Shown here: positions 8,842 through 22,390 of the stretch, one piece after another | Layout: the number at the start of each line of letters is the position of its first letter | Position numbering within the stretch: position 1 is the stretch's first letter | Source of the DNA: the human T2T-CHM13v2.0 reference genome, Homo sapiens | Assembly (NCBI RefSeq): GCF_009914755.1 | Contig: NC_060939.1 | DNA length: 64,000 bases | Reading direction: 5' to 3' (one strand) | The notes under the pieces: model-generated | Database searches by the model: none | The model's input: the letters and a program-made list of their open reading frames with translations, nothing else | Told to the model about the DNA's origin: nothing | Translations under genes and position numbers: made by a program

Positions 8842-11495
8842 ACGTATTTCAGAAATCACTGTGTTCATCATCAAATTAGAATGTTGGTTCTTTTCCTTCT
8901 GCCTTTTTGGGAGAGAGACAGGAAAGATTCACTTGAAAACATAAATGAACGTCAAGACTGAAGGCAATAGAAATTAAAGAATGTGAGAAAGTTCTGGTGG
9001 GCCGGCAGGATTGCCGCACAAGTTTATATGATGGTCGTATATATATCCCTGTTAAAAACTGGGATGAAGATGTGCAAAGTCACAGAATGTAATGGAAGTC
9101 CTGATGGTTACAGAGTAAGTGAAAGGGTGCCTGCGCTGACGTGAGAGAAAGGAATCTGTAAACAGTGGAAACACTGTGGGAGTTTCCCATGGTGTTTTGA
9201 AGAGTGGAACGAAGGCGATATGAACTGAAGGGGTGAAGACTTGATTTTGGAGAGGGCAACAAAACAAGGGTGTGTGTGCATAGGAGAATGGCCCACTCCA
9301 AATACGAAGTGAGATCCTGAGTCTTTGGGTGCTTCATGATTTCCTACCATATTCAGGCCTAAAGACATTGAAAAAGCATCTTTTCTTGAGATCATGGTCA
9401 TATGAGGTCCTAATGAAGTACTACAGTTTTCATTCTTTCAAGGGTAGACTAAAATATAGTTTATAAATCGGCAGTACAGTATTATGAAACCAAGAAAGGG
9501 TTTCTTGAAAAGCTTGTCGGTTCAAAGAGGAAAGATGAATTTCAATGTGAAAACACGTTTTGTTGAGGGCTGTACTTTTTACCCCCTTTAAGTGCTTTAA
9601 CAGGATATACGTTTGATTTTCCTCATATCTTATTTACCTAGGAGCATGTCAGAGAAAGAAGGGAGAGAAAAGGTTGCATCTGCAGGATGCCTTGATAACT
9701 ACACAGTCCCAAATAAAAGGCCTTTTTCTAACCTACCTCTAATGGGGTTATCAGATATGTTTTTAAATCTCTCGCCCTGAGTACTCTTCTTGGGAGTTGC
9801 TGCTGTTTACAGCCACAGTCTCATCTATCACTAAATATGAAACTGGGCCAAGGGGAAAATTCAGTAAGTTAGCGTTAAATGGAAGTAAATATATGTATAC
9901 CTAAGAGAATGTCAAAATAAACACCAAACCAAAAGAAGGTAGGAGTGCCATTTTTAGAAAAGACACAACTTTAATTCCTGTCAAGAGACCTAGGTCTACT
10001 GATGGCAGTCACTGCATTGTACATTATTCCAGTTCTTCAGTAATTCTGTTTAAACTGTGATTTTCTTTATTGTGTTGGTGCAATATTTTATTATCATTTA
10101 ACCTCAGGATATTCAGACCAACAGGATTGTGTTGCTGCTGAAAGTCTGAGCAGTGTTTTACCGTCCCCAGCCCCCCTCCCACATGGTCACATGTTCACTT
10201 GCTTTTCCTTCCATCTGTTGGTTTTGTGAGCTGAGAGCATCTCTGGACACATGGAAGGGAGCCAGGGATTCCTGTGATACAGATTTTGAACCAGCAGAGT
10301 ACTTTGGTTTTCTTCATGTCCTAAGGGTTTGATCCAGAAACCCTGGTGCTTCCCCTGCAGAATACTGTACTTCATTTAACAGAATGATTGATTTTTCTTT
10401 CAATCAGCATGTTCACCAAAAATAGAAAAGTTCTTCTAAGGTTAAATTTTGTATTTAAAAGTTAGTTGGCCATTTGATCAGGGAATTTTCTACACACATT
10501 AGGCAAATGTATGCTTTTCATCCTCTGGGCTTACCTCTCTCCTCTGCAATCCTGGAAGCATTGTGCATAGTTCTTTCATTGTAAGCCGCTATTTAAATTC
10601 CCACAATGCAAAACTGTTAGACCAGTAATTGTGCTACTGAAATTGTCACAAAACGTTATTCCTTGATTTGGTTTTTAAATTTTGCTTTTGTGTGTGTGTC
10701 TTTAAACAGGTAATGTGTATTTAAGTGTTGTCTAAACAGTTGATTTTTACTTTAGAAAAGATCATCTTCAACTGTTTATTGACTTCTGAGTTATATAGTT
10801 CATGCCCTGCCAAGGCATTGTTCGACTCCATGATACTAAAACATAATGAAAGAAACAAACTCCAGTATGGAGAAGAGAAAGTTTAATTATTTGGTTCCAT
10901 CTAGAAAAGCAACAACTTAAAGGAATCCTTCACTAGGATTGTCTTATCACCTTTATTAGATAAATCATGAAGTGTCCCTGTGAAATTGAAGTGAAACTAT
11001 CTCTGTAGGACTTAAGAGAATAGCTAAAAGGTGTGACTTGCCTTATTGAACTGATACTGGCATATCTGACTGTAAGCAGTAGGTTGAAGATATCATTTTA
11101 TGAATGTGGAGAATTCTACATTGAAACAGAAAATACCTGGGAATGAAGATTAAAAATGTAGCTGCTGTTATTTGCTTGGTGATTCCCCTCTTGCTCTTCT
11201 TTAGTTTGAAAAAACAAAAACGTGGCCTTGGAATTTTCATTTTGATGCAGAAATTTTGAAATTGAAAATGTGCATGTTTTGGTGCACAAAATCCTTCTGT
11301 GGGCAAAACTTTGTTTTTGTTTTGCACAGTAAGAAACAATAGGCAAGCGTTATGTTTTTGGTAAGTTAACTATGAAAGCTTTCTTATTTTTATTATTAAA
11401 AATGTAACAATTTAACCCACAGGAAAAAAAATTACTTTGTATGCTTGTTTGAACCCTATGGGTTCGTTTTATTAATAAAATTATTACACTAATGC
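8842..11495 (+). other. ARRDC4: ARRDC4 3'UTR (~2.65 kb); end is approximate
   Basis: AT-rich stretch with no obvious repeats, running from the stop codon to AATAAA at 11474. Confidence 0.8.
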
Positions 11496-11518
11496 TATGA
11501 GGTGCTAGTTTTTTTTTT
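11474..11518 (+). terminator. Polyadenylation signal AATAAA (11474-11479) with a downstream GU/U-rich element
   Basis: AATAAA is followed about 25 nt later by GTGCTAGTTTTTTTTTT. An upstream ATTAAA sits at 11395 and a possible proximal AATAAA at 9712. Confidence 0.8.
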
Positions 11519-12554
11519 CAAATATAAATTATTATAGACTTAAGGGAACTCAATGCCAAAAAAACAAATGTTGCTGCAGTTGAAATCCTTTTCTCTAGGT
11601 GTGTTATCATGAGGGAGGAACAGCCCTAGAACCTGACTTTGTTTTTACAGTGGGCTCCGGTTCCCAAGGTAGTCCAGTGTTAGCATTCCATGAAGAAAAG
11701 TAGCTGAGACAAGTGAGGAAACTAAAGCTATATTGGTTAAAAAAGCATATCATCATTTATTCCCAAATGATAAGGATTACTCTTTAAAGCCTCCTGAGTT
11801 TGAGTGTGTGATTGTCCAGAATCTCCCCAGGATCGATTTAGCAGGTCTCATGGGTAGTCAAGGGACTCTTCCTGGGACACACTGACCTAAGTATGCCACC
11901 CCTTTCTACGCAAACACTCCAGTAGATATGAGCACTATACTTTATACAAGGAGGATGTGATGGTATGTCATTTCAAGGAAACCGCCCAGACCCTCTGCCT
12001 GGAAAACTACCACCTGAACTAAGGAGTAAGAATTAGTCCAGTTGGTTTGCTCTTCAGTTATTTCTAGTAGATGGTGTTACATAATAAATAGGTTCTTTCT
12101 GTATCCACATTTATAATCAACGTAAGTTGAAATATCTGTCTTATGCGATACTGAGGAAAAATTTTTGATTACCATTACAATTTCTGTAGTTTATGTGTAG
12201 TATGAAATTTAGAACTAGGCAAGACACTGCAAAGAAACTAGGACAAAGCCCTCACATTACAAATCAGGATGCCAAAACAGAGAGTTGTAACCTGAGAGCG
12301 TGGTCCCTGCTTGCTCTGAAATTTCCTGATTCTATAATCTTCATACAAGTAATGGGAACAATTAATTGTTTTCAGTTACACAGCCTAAGAGTTGCAGACC
12401 TGGTTACCTGGATACTAAGCATAGGCTAAATCAAGAGTCTTCAGTGTTTACACTTAAGAGCGCTGCCTCCCGAAAGGACACCAGTCTTTGACTAAATTGC
12501 TTCCAAGTGTGTTTAGTTGCCAGAATCTTTTCTTCAACAGAGATTTATGTTTCT

Positions 12555-13075
12555 ACGTTTATATAATGAAATAATTACAGACTCTCAAGAAGTTACAATA
12601 ATAGTACAAGGAAGTCTCGTGTACTCATCACCTGGTCTTCTGCAATAACTACAGTACATTAGCAAAACCAGGACATTGAGAATACAATTTAGCTAGAGCT
12701 TAGACCTTACTTGGATTTTGCCAGCCTTTGCATGCAGTCATTTTTCTTGTGTATGTTTTTGTGTATAGCTCCATGACATTTTACCTCCTGTAGAAAGGCG
12801 TATCGTCACCACCACCAAGACACAGAACTGCTCCATCACCGCAAAGAAACTCCCTTAGGTTGTCCCTTTATAGTCACCCCGTCCTTCTCTCCATTTCCTT
12901 CCCTCACCCCAGCCTTCCCACCCGTTTTTCATCTCAGTAATTTTGTCATTTTGAGAATGCTAGAAAAATGGAATCATTCAGTATGTACCTTTTGAGACTG
13001 GCAGTTTTTTACTCAGCAGAACATCTCTTAAGATCCATGCAAATTGCGCCATGCACCAATAGTTTGTTTATTTGT
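12555..13075 (-). mobile_element. Ancient L1M (L1MC-like) 3' fragment
   Basis: Antisense L1M signatures: GAAATAATTACAGACTC...GTTACAATAATAGTACA and ATGGAATCATTCAGTATGTACCTTTTGAGACTGG. Confidence 0.7.
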
Positions 13076-14700
13076 ATTTTAATGGAGACATTTTAAAAGA
13101 AACAGAATCGACTACTTCTGAAATTTTCATTATGCACCTTGCAAAGAAAATGTGTGACATCGATAAGCACATGATACCTTTGTAAATATTTTGATTTTGA
13201 GTTTGAGAACTTTTTATGTAGAAAATATGTAAATGCAGATTGATACAAATTTTTAGGGCTAATGTTTAGCTTGTCAAATACTTGAAGTATTTTGCCTTTA
13301 AATAGAAAGAGATTGCATTATAAATGAGCCAGATAGACCTGTGATGAAATTAGACAACAAGAAGAAACTATATTGGGCTATTTATCATATCGGCTTCTGA
13401 GTCTGATAAATTTTAACATAAATTATCCAGGAAAGAGACTACAGTTGCCTGGTGTGTTTGAGTATTAAATTTTGTGATTTTTTTCTCTTCTTTTCTGTTT
13501 CTTCTTTAATTCCTTCGTTCATACTCCCACTTCTTAATATCTGATGAAATGGAGAGACCACTCGGAAGCTGAGAAAATTTTTAACTACAATATATGTGTT
13601 TATTCCTAATGAAACAATACTATAAAACATGGGCTTATTTTCTAAGACTATTAAATTTTTCTAGAAAGGAGAGCTCTTATTTTATAGAAGCCATTACACA
13701 CTAATATTTCCCAAAAACCAGACATGAGTTTGTTGGTGATGAGAAGCAGCAGCAAAAGAAAGACACCGAGATGGGGTGGAGATGGATAGAAAGAGTTGAC
13801 CAGTGTCAACTTCTAGAATGTCACTATAACTGAATTCGCCATGAACTGTCTCTTTGGTGGAGCTTTCTGTGTTCATTGATGGAGATTTCACCATCCCTGA
13901 CAAATTTTCAGAGAACCAAGACGTCTTCCTGAACAGGAAGAGACACGCTTTAGGCAGCTTCTCCCACTGGAAACAAGGGAAGCATAGGTGCCTCCCTCGT
14001 GTTTGCAAACACCTGCCACATACGTGCACACACACGCATGTGCACACACACTGTTATTTCTTCCTCTCCTCCACACCCTTTACCTCCAGAGCTGTGTCTC
14101 TTTCAGGTAAGAATGTAAGCTCCGTTACAAAACGAACAAACAGATAATAGGTTCCTACTTCCACAGGAATTTATTGGAAGAGAAGTCTTTTGCCCCAAGC
14201 TTCTTACTAGTTTGCCCCCAAACAGTACGAGTCTAGTAGAAAGGTATCAGGGAATTGTAATTAAATGAGAAAATGGGGGGGAAATAGATGCCCTAAGTTT
14301 ATGTTTTTTCTTTTTTAAAAAAAGTCACTGCATGGTATAATAGTCATTTCTCCATGCTGCCCCAGCCTCATAGCTCCTTATTTTAATGACTAAAGGACAT
14401 AAAATGTTCCAGACCAAAATAATAATGATTACATTACTTACAGCTCACACATCTAGTATTGACTGTGTTCTTTACAAATATGCAGTCACTTTCCCATAAC
14501 ATGACGGTTTCCGTGGTATTTTTTTATTTTGCTTTTTAAATTTTAGATGACAGAATCCATCTGATTGTCCACACGGCAAGTGTTCTATACGTGATCGCTT
14601 ATTCATATTTGCTACCACTGCAAATATTTGGACTTGCTGGAACTGGTTGATTGAGTTGATTCAGTAACATCTAAAGATTTATTGTCTACAGTTAACTAGC

Positions 14701-14800
14701 TTCTTTTTTTTTAATTATACTTTAAATTCTAGGGTACATGTGCACAACGTGCAGGTTTGTTACATATGTATATATGTGCCATGTTGGTGTGCTGCACCCA
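14701..14800 (-). mobile_element. ~100-bp 3' stub of a young L1PA
   Basis: T-run followed by ATTATACTTTAAATTCTAGGGTACATGTGCACAACGTGCAGGTTTGTTACATATGTATATATGTGCCATGTTGGTGTGCTGCACCCA, the reverse complement of the L1PA 3' end. Confidence 0.92.
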
Positions 14801-15427
14801 AAACACAGCACACAAATGCACACACACGGAAACACAAGGCATGTACGCATGTGCACGCTGACATGCACTCACAGATGCTCTGTTTATTGGCTGGAGATTT
14901 CACCCCTTGGGCAAGAAAACTCATCAAAAATGTCATTGTTTATACACCTGGGAATCAAGAGAGGGCACATTATCAACACTGAGTCATCTCACTACTAGAA
15001 GAACACGGAGCTCTAGCTTTATTTTTAGTAGTTGCTGTATTGGTGGGTGGTAAACAGATAAGGAATAAGGAAGAGTCCAACAAAACAATTCCCTATTTCA
15101 TACACCTTCTAAATCACTGCAGCACAGGAAGCCAGATTCGATACCCTACTATTAAACTGGAATAGCAAGGTATAAGATGGATCTAGGCTCACATGTGAGC
15201 ACATCTGAGAAACTGCACTGAGGGTTCACTGTTTCTGAGTTTTGCTACAGATCTGTTCTAATACTTCCGACAAAGCTCAGGTTATGGAAAAACAGTTTAG
15301 GAACCTAAACACTTTCCTAACTTCTTTCTCCTGCGTAAACTAAAACAAAGAAGTATATGTAAGTATGCATACACATGGGAGGAGTGTGATATTGAGCTTA
15401 GTCTCTAGTTTCCTTTATCTTCCTTAG

Positions 15428-16031
15428 TGAAGTGGCATCGTTCATCTGGGATAATACCTGAGGTTTGTTGCCTCACGCCAAGGAAATCAAGGACACAGAT
15501 ACACAAGGAGTGAGGTTAAGAGCAGAGATTTAATAGGTGAAAGAAAGAGAAACGGGCAGGTCTTCCGGTTCCGTGGTGAAATGCACGGGATTTTATACAG
15601 GAGCTTGAGGAGGCGGTGTCTGATTTACATAGGGTATGAGAGATTGGTCAGACCAGGTGTGTCATTTGCATAGTGCAAGAAGATGGCCGGCCCACCATAA
15701 TCTTCTATTATGCAGCTGGATTCTCTACCTGGCCAGCACCATGTTACCTGCTTCTTTACTGTACATGTGGTTGACAAAGAAAAGGGATGATGGAGCCTCC
15801 ATGTTGAACATGCCTGGCCCCCAGGTAGCCTTTTCCCATTGGCACAGCTGCCAGCATTCACCCATGCAAGCTCCTAGCTTGCTTTTCTATGTCAGCAGCT
15901 TGATTTTTCAGGCTGCTCTTTGTTAGAAAAGACATTATTTGGGGGCTGCTTTTTCTTAAAAACAAAACCTTGACAAAGACTCTCTTACCCTCACTAACTG
16001 CCTAAATAATTTCTTTCTAGCTTCTGTATCA
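15428..16031 (-). mobile_element. ERV1-class solo LTR (MER50-like)
   Basis: TG...CA termini and a 4-bp TSD TTAG (15424-15427 / 16032-16035). The minus strand begins TGATACAGAAGCTAGAAAGAAATTATTTAGGCAG. Confidence 0.85.
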
Positions 16032-17176
16032 TTAGGAGAGGACAAAGCCAAAGATTCCTGGTAAACCTCTCTTAAGAGAACCTCTGTGTACAGAGGTGGA
16101 TTTAAAAGCAAATTTCTGTATGTGTTATTTCATCCTTAATTCAACCATCTGGCCCTCTTATATAAAAGTGGAATACTGCTTATCAGGGGAAACTTTAGCA
16201 GCAAATACTTACTTTTATCTCATCTGACATAACAAAAAAGCTTGGTCATGATGTCAAAAGATAACTTATCTCAAACATGTATGGCTGCAAACACCAACAG
16301 CTGTTCCTCTGAGAGTGGCCGCATTACTTCAGATAAAGGCGGTGTTTTTAAGAAAATTAATCTCATTTTACGTAAAGCCGTTTTAAGACAACCAGAATTA
16401 TCCTCCTAAGAACAAAACAAAAATAATTCCCTTTGCTAATGGGAAGATGTTTAAAACAGTATCTACATTGAATAGGGAGACTTCTAATGGTCTCAGACTT
16501 GCTACTGAACACAACAGGGAAGTCTCCTGTGGAGAAATACATTGGTGGAAGCCAGGAAACCCACATGTTAACCTCCTTTCTCTAGCCTTGGCCAGCCAGG
16601 GACACTGGGTCTTTGAACTTTAGCAATGCCTGACTGGCTCCAAGATAAACAGTACCTTCACAGACTCCATGGCAGCTGCTGGAGAGAGCTGGAATGTGTC
16701 ATCTTGCCCCAAGTCTGGTCTAAGCCTGGACACTTGAGCATTTGCCTTGCTCACCCATTGCCTCCCCTGGGCTGGATGACCCACACAGAAGACTGGGCCT
16801 GTACTGGGAAGAAGCCCTTTCCACATCAACCCACTTAGTGGAGACCCAAAGCTTCAATTCCAACACCAGGAACCCCAGGGGAAGGAAGGTATAAGAAATT
16901 TCTTACAGCAAGGAATAAATCAGAAATGGCTGCTATCAGCAGAAATGAGGGCTGTATACATTAGATAAGCTCACTAAGAGGAAATTGTCTTTTTTGTAGG
17001 TTTGTGTGCCCGTATGTGTGCGTGTGTGTTAAAGGAGGGAGGATTGGGGTTTTCTTTGCATCTGATTTTTGTGAAGGAGCTTTATGACTTAAGACCTAAA
17101 CAATGCTGATGTTGGCACCTCTCTTCTTGCCCAGCCAGGGCCCTGATGCCCTCCACAGCTATTCCTTGGCCTTCCC

Positions 17177-17285
17177 CAGAGGACCAGCTTGTCCTGGTTT
17201 GCCCAGGGTTTCCCCAGGTTTAGCATTGAAAGCCCCCATCCCAGGACCCCTAAATTCCAGGTAAAGGGGTTTGGTTGACCACCTT
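17177..17285. mobile_element. MER81-like hAT MITE
   Basis: GACCAGCTTGTCCTGGTTTGCCCAGGG...TTTAGCATTGAAAGCCCC...GGTTGACCACCT, with degenerate inverted ends. Confidence 0.65.
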
Positions 17286-18556
17286 CCCCTCGTTCTTTCT
17301 ACTGGGGCAACCCAGCTCCCCACATCCACAGACACCAGCTGTCATCCTCCAAGAAGCTTCCCTCACCTGCTGCCTTCTAGCACTAAATTCCTCCTGCTGT
17401 CACTAAACAGTCCCCATGCAGAGTGTCTTCCCAGAAACGAACAAGGACATTAGGATGGGGCCAGAAACCTCAGGCCCCTTTGGCCATTGGCACTTGGATG
17501 GCATCCCCCACAGAGACCAGCAGTACAGCTGGTTCAGTTCCCATCTCCCCCAGTTCTAGTGCCCTCTCCTTCCCCATTCTGTGCGGAGGCCCAGCCTGCC
17601 CTGGGCCTGCCCACAGGGGCTGCCAGGGACCAAGGCCTGGCTCTGGATTAGAGGTCACCAGACCACAGATGATCTGCACACCATTTTTTTCAGGACTTGT
17701 ATTCTGTGGAAAAGTGTCCATGGTCAGAGGCTACAGACATGTTTCTCAGGCTGTCTTTGATTTTCTGCTCTCTCTCTCTCTCTCTCTATCTCTCTCGCCT
17801 ACAAATAAATGAGGACCTGATTTCCCAAGAGACCTGGGTCTCTTTCTTCTTCCTGCGGCTCTGTCAACAGTGGCCTGGGGCCTGTGAAAGCGGGCCCTTC
17901 TCCCTGTCTAATCCCAGGACCGGGTGGTATGCTCATCATATGAGGAGTAACTGCAAAGGAAGGTGACGCGAATGTGCTCAAAGGATGCCCAGAGCACTCT
18001 CGAAATGGCCCTCAGAACCTGTGGCTTCGTCTTCTTATATCTTCACTAGGGAAGAGTCTTTATCCTTTGAGGTTAAAGGATAATATTTTTGATAATACCT
18101 AAAGCTCATTCAGAAACAACCCTGCAGAGTAAAGCTGAAGGCCGGGCTGGGTGTGGCACTGATGGAACCAGGCAAAGCAGAGGTGAAAGACAGCAGCAGA
18201 GGCGAGAAACACATCCGACAGGGAGGTGAGAAACACATCTGACAGGTAATACTGAACTCATGCTTCGCCTTGTCTGGGTGTTCCCAGGCATCGTCAGCCT
18301 GTGGAGGTGAATTGGGTTCATTAAAAACAAGATCCCCATGTTGCTAATTCTTACCCCAACTTGATCTTGAAAAATCTCAGCTTCTCGCCAAGTCCATCTT
18401 CTACTCCCAAGAATTTCCTAAAAGTCTCCAGGAATAAGTCAATCTCCGCTACTCCTTAGCATCACCTCTAATGCACTGAAGTCTTCACAATCCCAGGCTA
18501 GGATTGATTTGGGGAAAGTGAAGAAGAATGATTTTTTTCATTTTATATTTTGTTTT

Positions 18557-18862
18557 ATTTTTATTTTTTAAGACAGAGTCTCTCTCTGTCGCCCAGGCTG
18601 AAGTGCAATGGCGTGATCTTGACTCACTGCAACCTTTGCCTCCCGGGTTCAAGCAATTCTCATGCCTCAGCCTCCCTGAGTAGCTGGGATTACAGGCATG
18701 CACCAGCACGCCTGGCTGATTTTTTTTTTTTTTTTTTTTTTTAGTACAGACAGGGTTACACCATGTTGGCCAGGCTGGTTTTGAACTCCTGGCCTCAAGT
18801 GATCCACTGGCCTCAGCCTCCCAAAGCGTTGGGGTTACAGGAGTGAGCCACAGCACCCGGTC
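18557..18862 (-). mobile_element. AluS with an expanded middle A-run
   Basis: Full antisense Alu with a ~17-bp TSD ATTTTATATTTTGTTTT (18540-18556 / 18864-18880). Confidence 0.95.
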
Positions 18863-20784
18863 GATTTTATATTTTGTTTTGTAGAGGCTCCCCACAAAAA
18901 AACAGCTTCCTGTGCCCCACCCTATTACCTTGTTTTTAGAGAAACTGCTGTTTTCACCTTTTCCTTTGCAGATTTTCCTCTGGGTAAGACTCAGATGTAC
19001 AATCTTAGGACTGGGCTGCTGACAAAAATCAGGTGATCCAGAGTCTCACCTCCCTTCTGAACACTAAAGCTCTGGAATTGAGCCAAGCTTAGCTTCCCTG
19101 GCATCCTCTTACCTTAGGATGGGTCTTCTGAGACCCCACAGGCCCCCAGCTGTTTTCCAGGCATCAACATACATCACTGAGCCCTGGCTCAGAGTCAAGC
19201 TGGGGCCCCCTCCATCTACACCCCAATGGCCAGAGAGTCATGGAAAAGTGACTGCAGGAGGGACCTACCACCTGCCCTCAGAGAGGCCCCTAGCTCGGAC
19301 AGCTGATGGCCCCTGCTGAGTGGCCCCTGCTGAGTGGGGGGCTGGGCAGAGGAGCACCCCAGGCCATCCTTGTGTTTCTATTTGAAACACCCAGGGCCTG
19401 CGGGCCAGAGGACAGGGGGCTGATATATCTTGCTAAGGAGGAAGAGCATCTTAGCTGTGGATCACTGCATGGTGAGGACAGGTCCAGGGGAAGTCATAAT
19501 GGGGGTCCCCAGGCCATTAAGGAAAAGCACAAGGTCACCTGCCCAGGTATCAACAGGGAGCAAACTGGGCACTAAATGTGCCCCTGGGCTTGCTTTGAAC
19601 TTTGCCTCACTTCTCACTGCCAATTCTGTAGCCATCCGGGCTGCGGACTCCCACTTGGACAGAACAGTGTGAGGAATGCAGTCTGCTTGTAGTCAATCTG
19701 GCCAATACAATGTTTCCTGTCTCCTTATTACCTATTTGGTTGGGGTTGAGGGGTTCAATCTCTAAATGAGCTTTTCCTATAAAAAGCCTCCATGTGTGCT
19801 TAGTATGGAGACTCGGAAGCCCAGGGAATTTTTATATTTATTACAGAGAGAGGCAGGCATCCATTCTGTGTGTTTCCATTAACACAGACTGGCAATTAAT
19901 GTGTTTGGTTCAAAAGACTTCAAACATTTGTACGTCCATTTGCACGTTTAAATGGCTCTGTATAACAGTCAAGCAGGTGGTTAACTATATGTATATTAAA
20001 TTCATAGAGAAACTGGTAATTTTCAATTATAATTGTCAGTTCACAGTTTACATGATAAGAATTTTTTGAATAGACCCATTAGCTGATTTTAGTTAGCCAG
20101 GGTTTTTATAAATCATGGTTTATTTGCTTATTCTACTTATAAAAGAGAAATTTTCAGTATTCTCACATGAATCAATAAATATTTACTTTGGTCTTTATTC
20201 TGCTCAAATGCCAAGTTTGACAATGGATGAAATATCATTGGGCTTCCTTAAACAGCTGTTTGAATGCGGCTGTTTTATTAGTTGTTTTGTTTAGTATTAT
20301 TACCCGGATAATGGTTTAAAAGTTTTATTCATTTGCTATTAATTTGTTTTTTTTATAAATAAAGTCAAAATAGGACTGAATTGCAGTTCCTTATAATTTT
20401 ACAATGTATTGTACTTTCCTGGTAATATGTTTTGACAATAGAAACTTCCAAGCCAATGAAAAGCTGTCCCATTTTTCTAAATTATATCCTCTAAAGCAAA
20501 ACTCCTAAATATATAGCACTAACTTGTGCATAATAAAATTTGATGATTTTGTTACTGTGGATAATATTTCTCTTTCCTAGGCAACAGAAATAATTTAAAT
20601 GCCTCTCATTTGGCTTGGCTTTTACAGCACAAAAGGCAGTGTGAGACACCAGATCTCTGGAGGAGAATGCTGAACTGGTATTGAGAAGAGGAATAGCATT
20701 TTGAGAAATACCTTCAACATTCTACACCTTGTAACTCCCTCGGGTCTGTTCCTGGATTTCTGCTTTTCAAAAATGATCAAGCAG

Positions 20785-21101
<317 letters not shown>

Positions 21102-21929
21102 TCACCAAGGCATGTAAAGAGAGCTAGTGGAAGATTTTCAGGTAGTTTCCAAAAGCTCAGAACTCTGCCTGATCTCCGTGGAAGCCACCATATCTGTAAC
21201 TGGGAGCTGTACCATCCTTGACACCCTTCCTCTTCAGTCCTCTCTGTCTTAGCCATCTGGGCATGGACTCCTTAAACGATGTAAGAAACAGAAGCCATTT
21301 GCTTTAGTCTCTCAAACCATTTCCTGTGGGTCCAGCCAGATATTTTCACACCGAAGGAAAGGCCTAAGTGACTGAACATGGCTGGCCCCCACTACCACAA
21401 CTGATGCCTTTAAGACTGTCACTCAGAGGCAAGACCTGGAGAAGAATCTCTCTGTGTTACTCAGCTACAGATGAACAGATAATGAAAGACAACGTTAGAA
21501 AGAAGTATTTTATCTCAGATCTTAGGAAAATATTAGAAACCACTTAACGCCCCATCTATAAGCTACTACACATTTTGAAGAAACATAAACTTAATAATCT
21601 CATTTAAAGGTAATCATATCATGATTCTCTCCTGTTAGTGTTTCAATAAAACGCGCATGGTGAGTGTCAGAAAGCTCTCACTCTGACTTAGCCTTGATTG
21701 CCTACTCTACATATGAAGATTTAACTGATTAAAAAGGGTTCTCTCTTCATTGGAGTCTATTGATGTTATCAAATGGGACATTGCAGGAAAAACTGCAGTG
21801 TTAGTCTCAAAATAAATGTTTACAGGCAACTGAAGAACATTTCCTGGAAAGAGAGATAGGGATTTGTTATTTAACAGAGAAAAGCAGATCAAATTGGAGA
21901 ATTTAAGAGGCAACAGCAAACAGAATGAG

Positions 21930-22390
<461 letters not shown>

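Noticed and set aside
8842-11470. AU-rich decay element
   Set aside because: Only scattered single ATTTA pentamers, with no overlapping nonamer cluster.
14104-14112. Strong splice-donor-like CAG|GTAAGA suggesting a lncRNA exon
   Set aside because: An isolated motif with no supportable partner acceptor or promoter; it cannot be called without transcript data.
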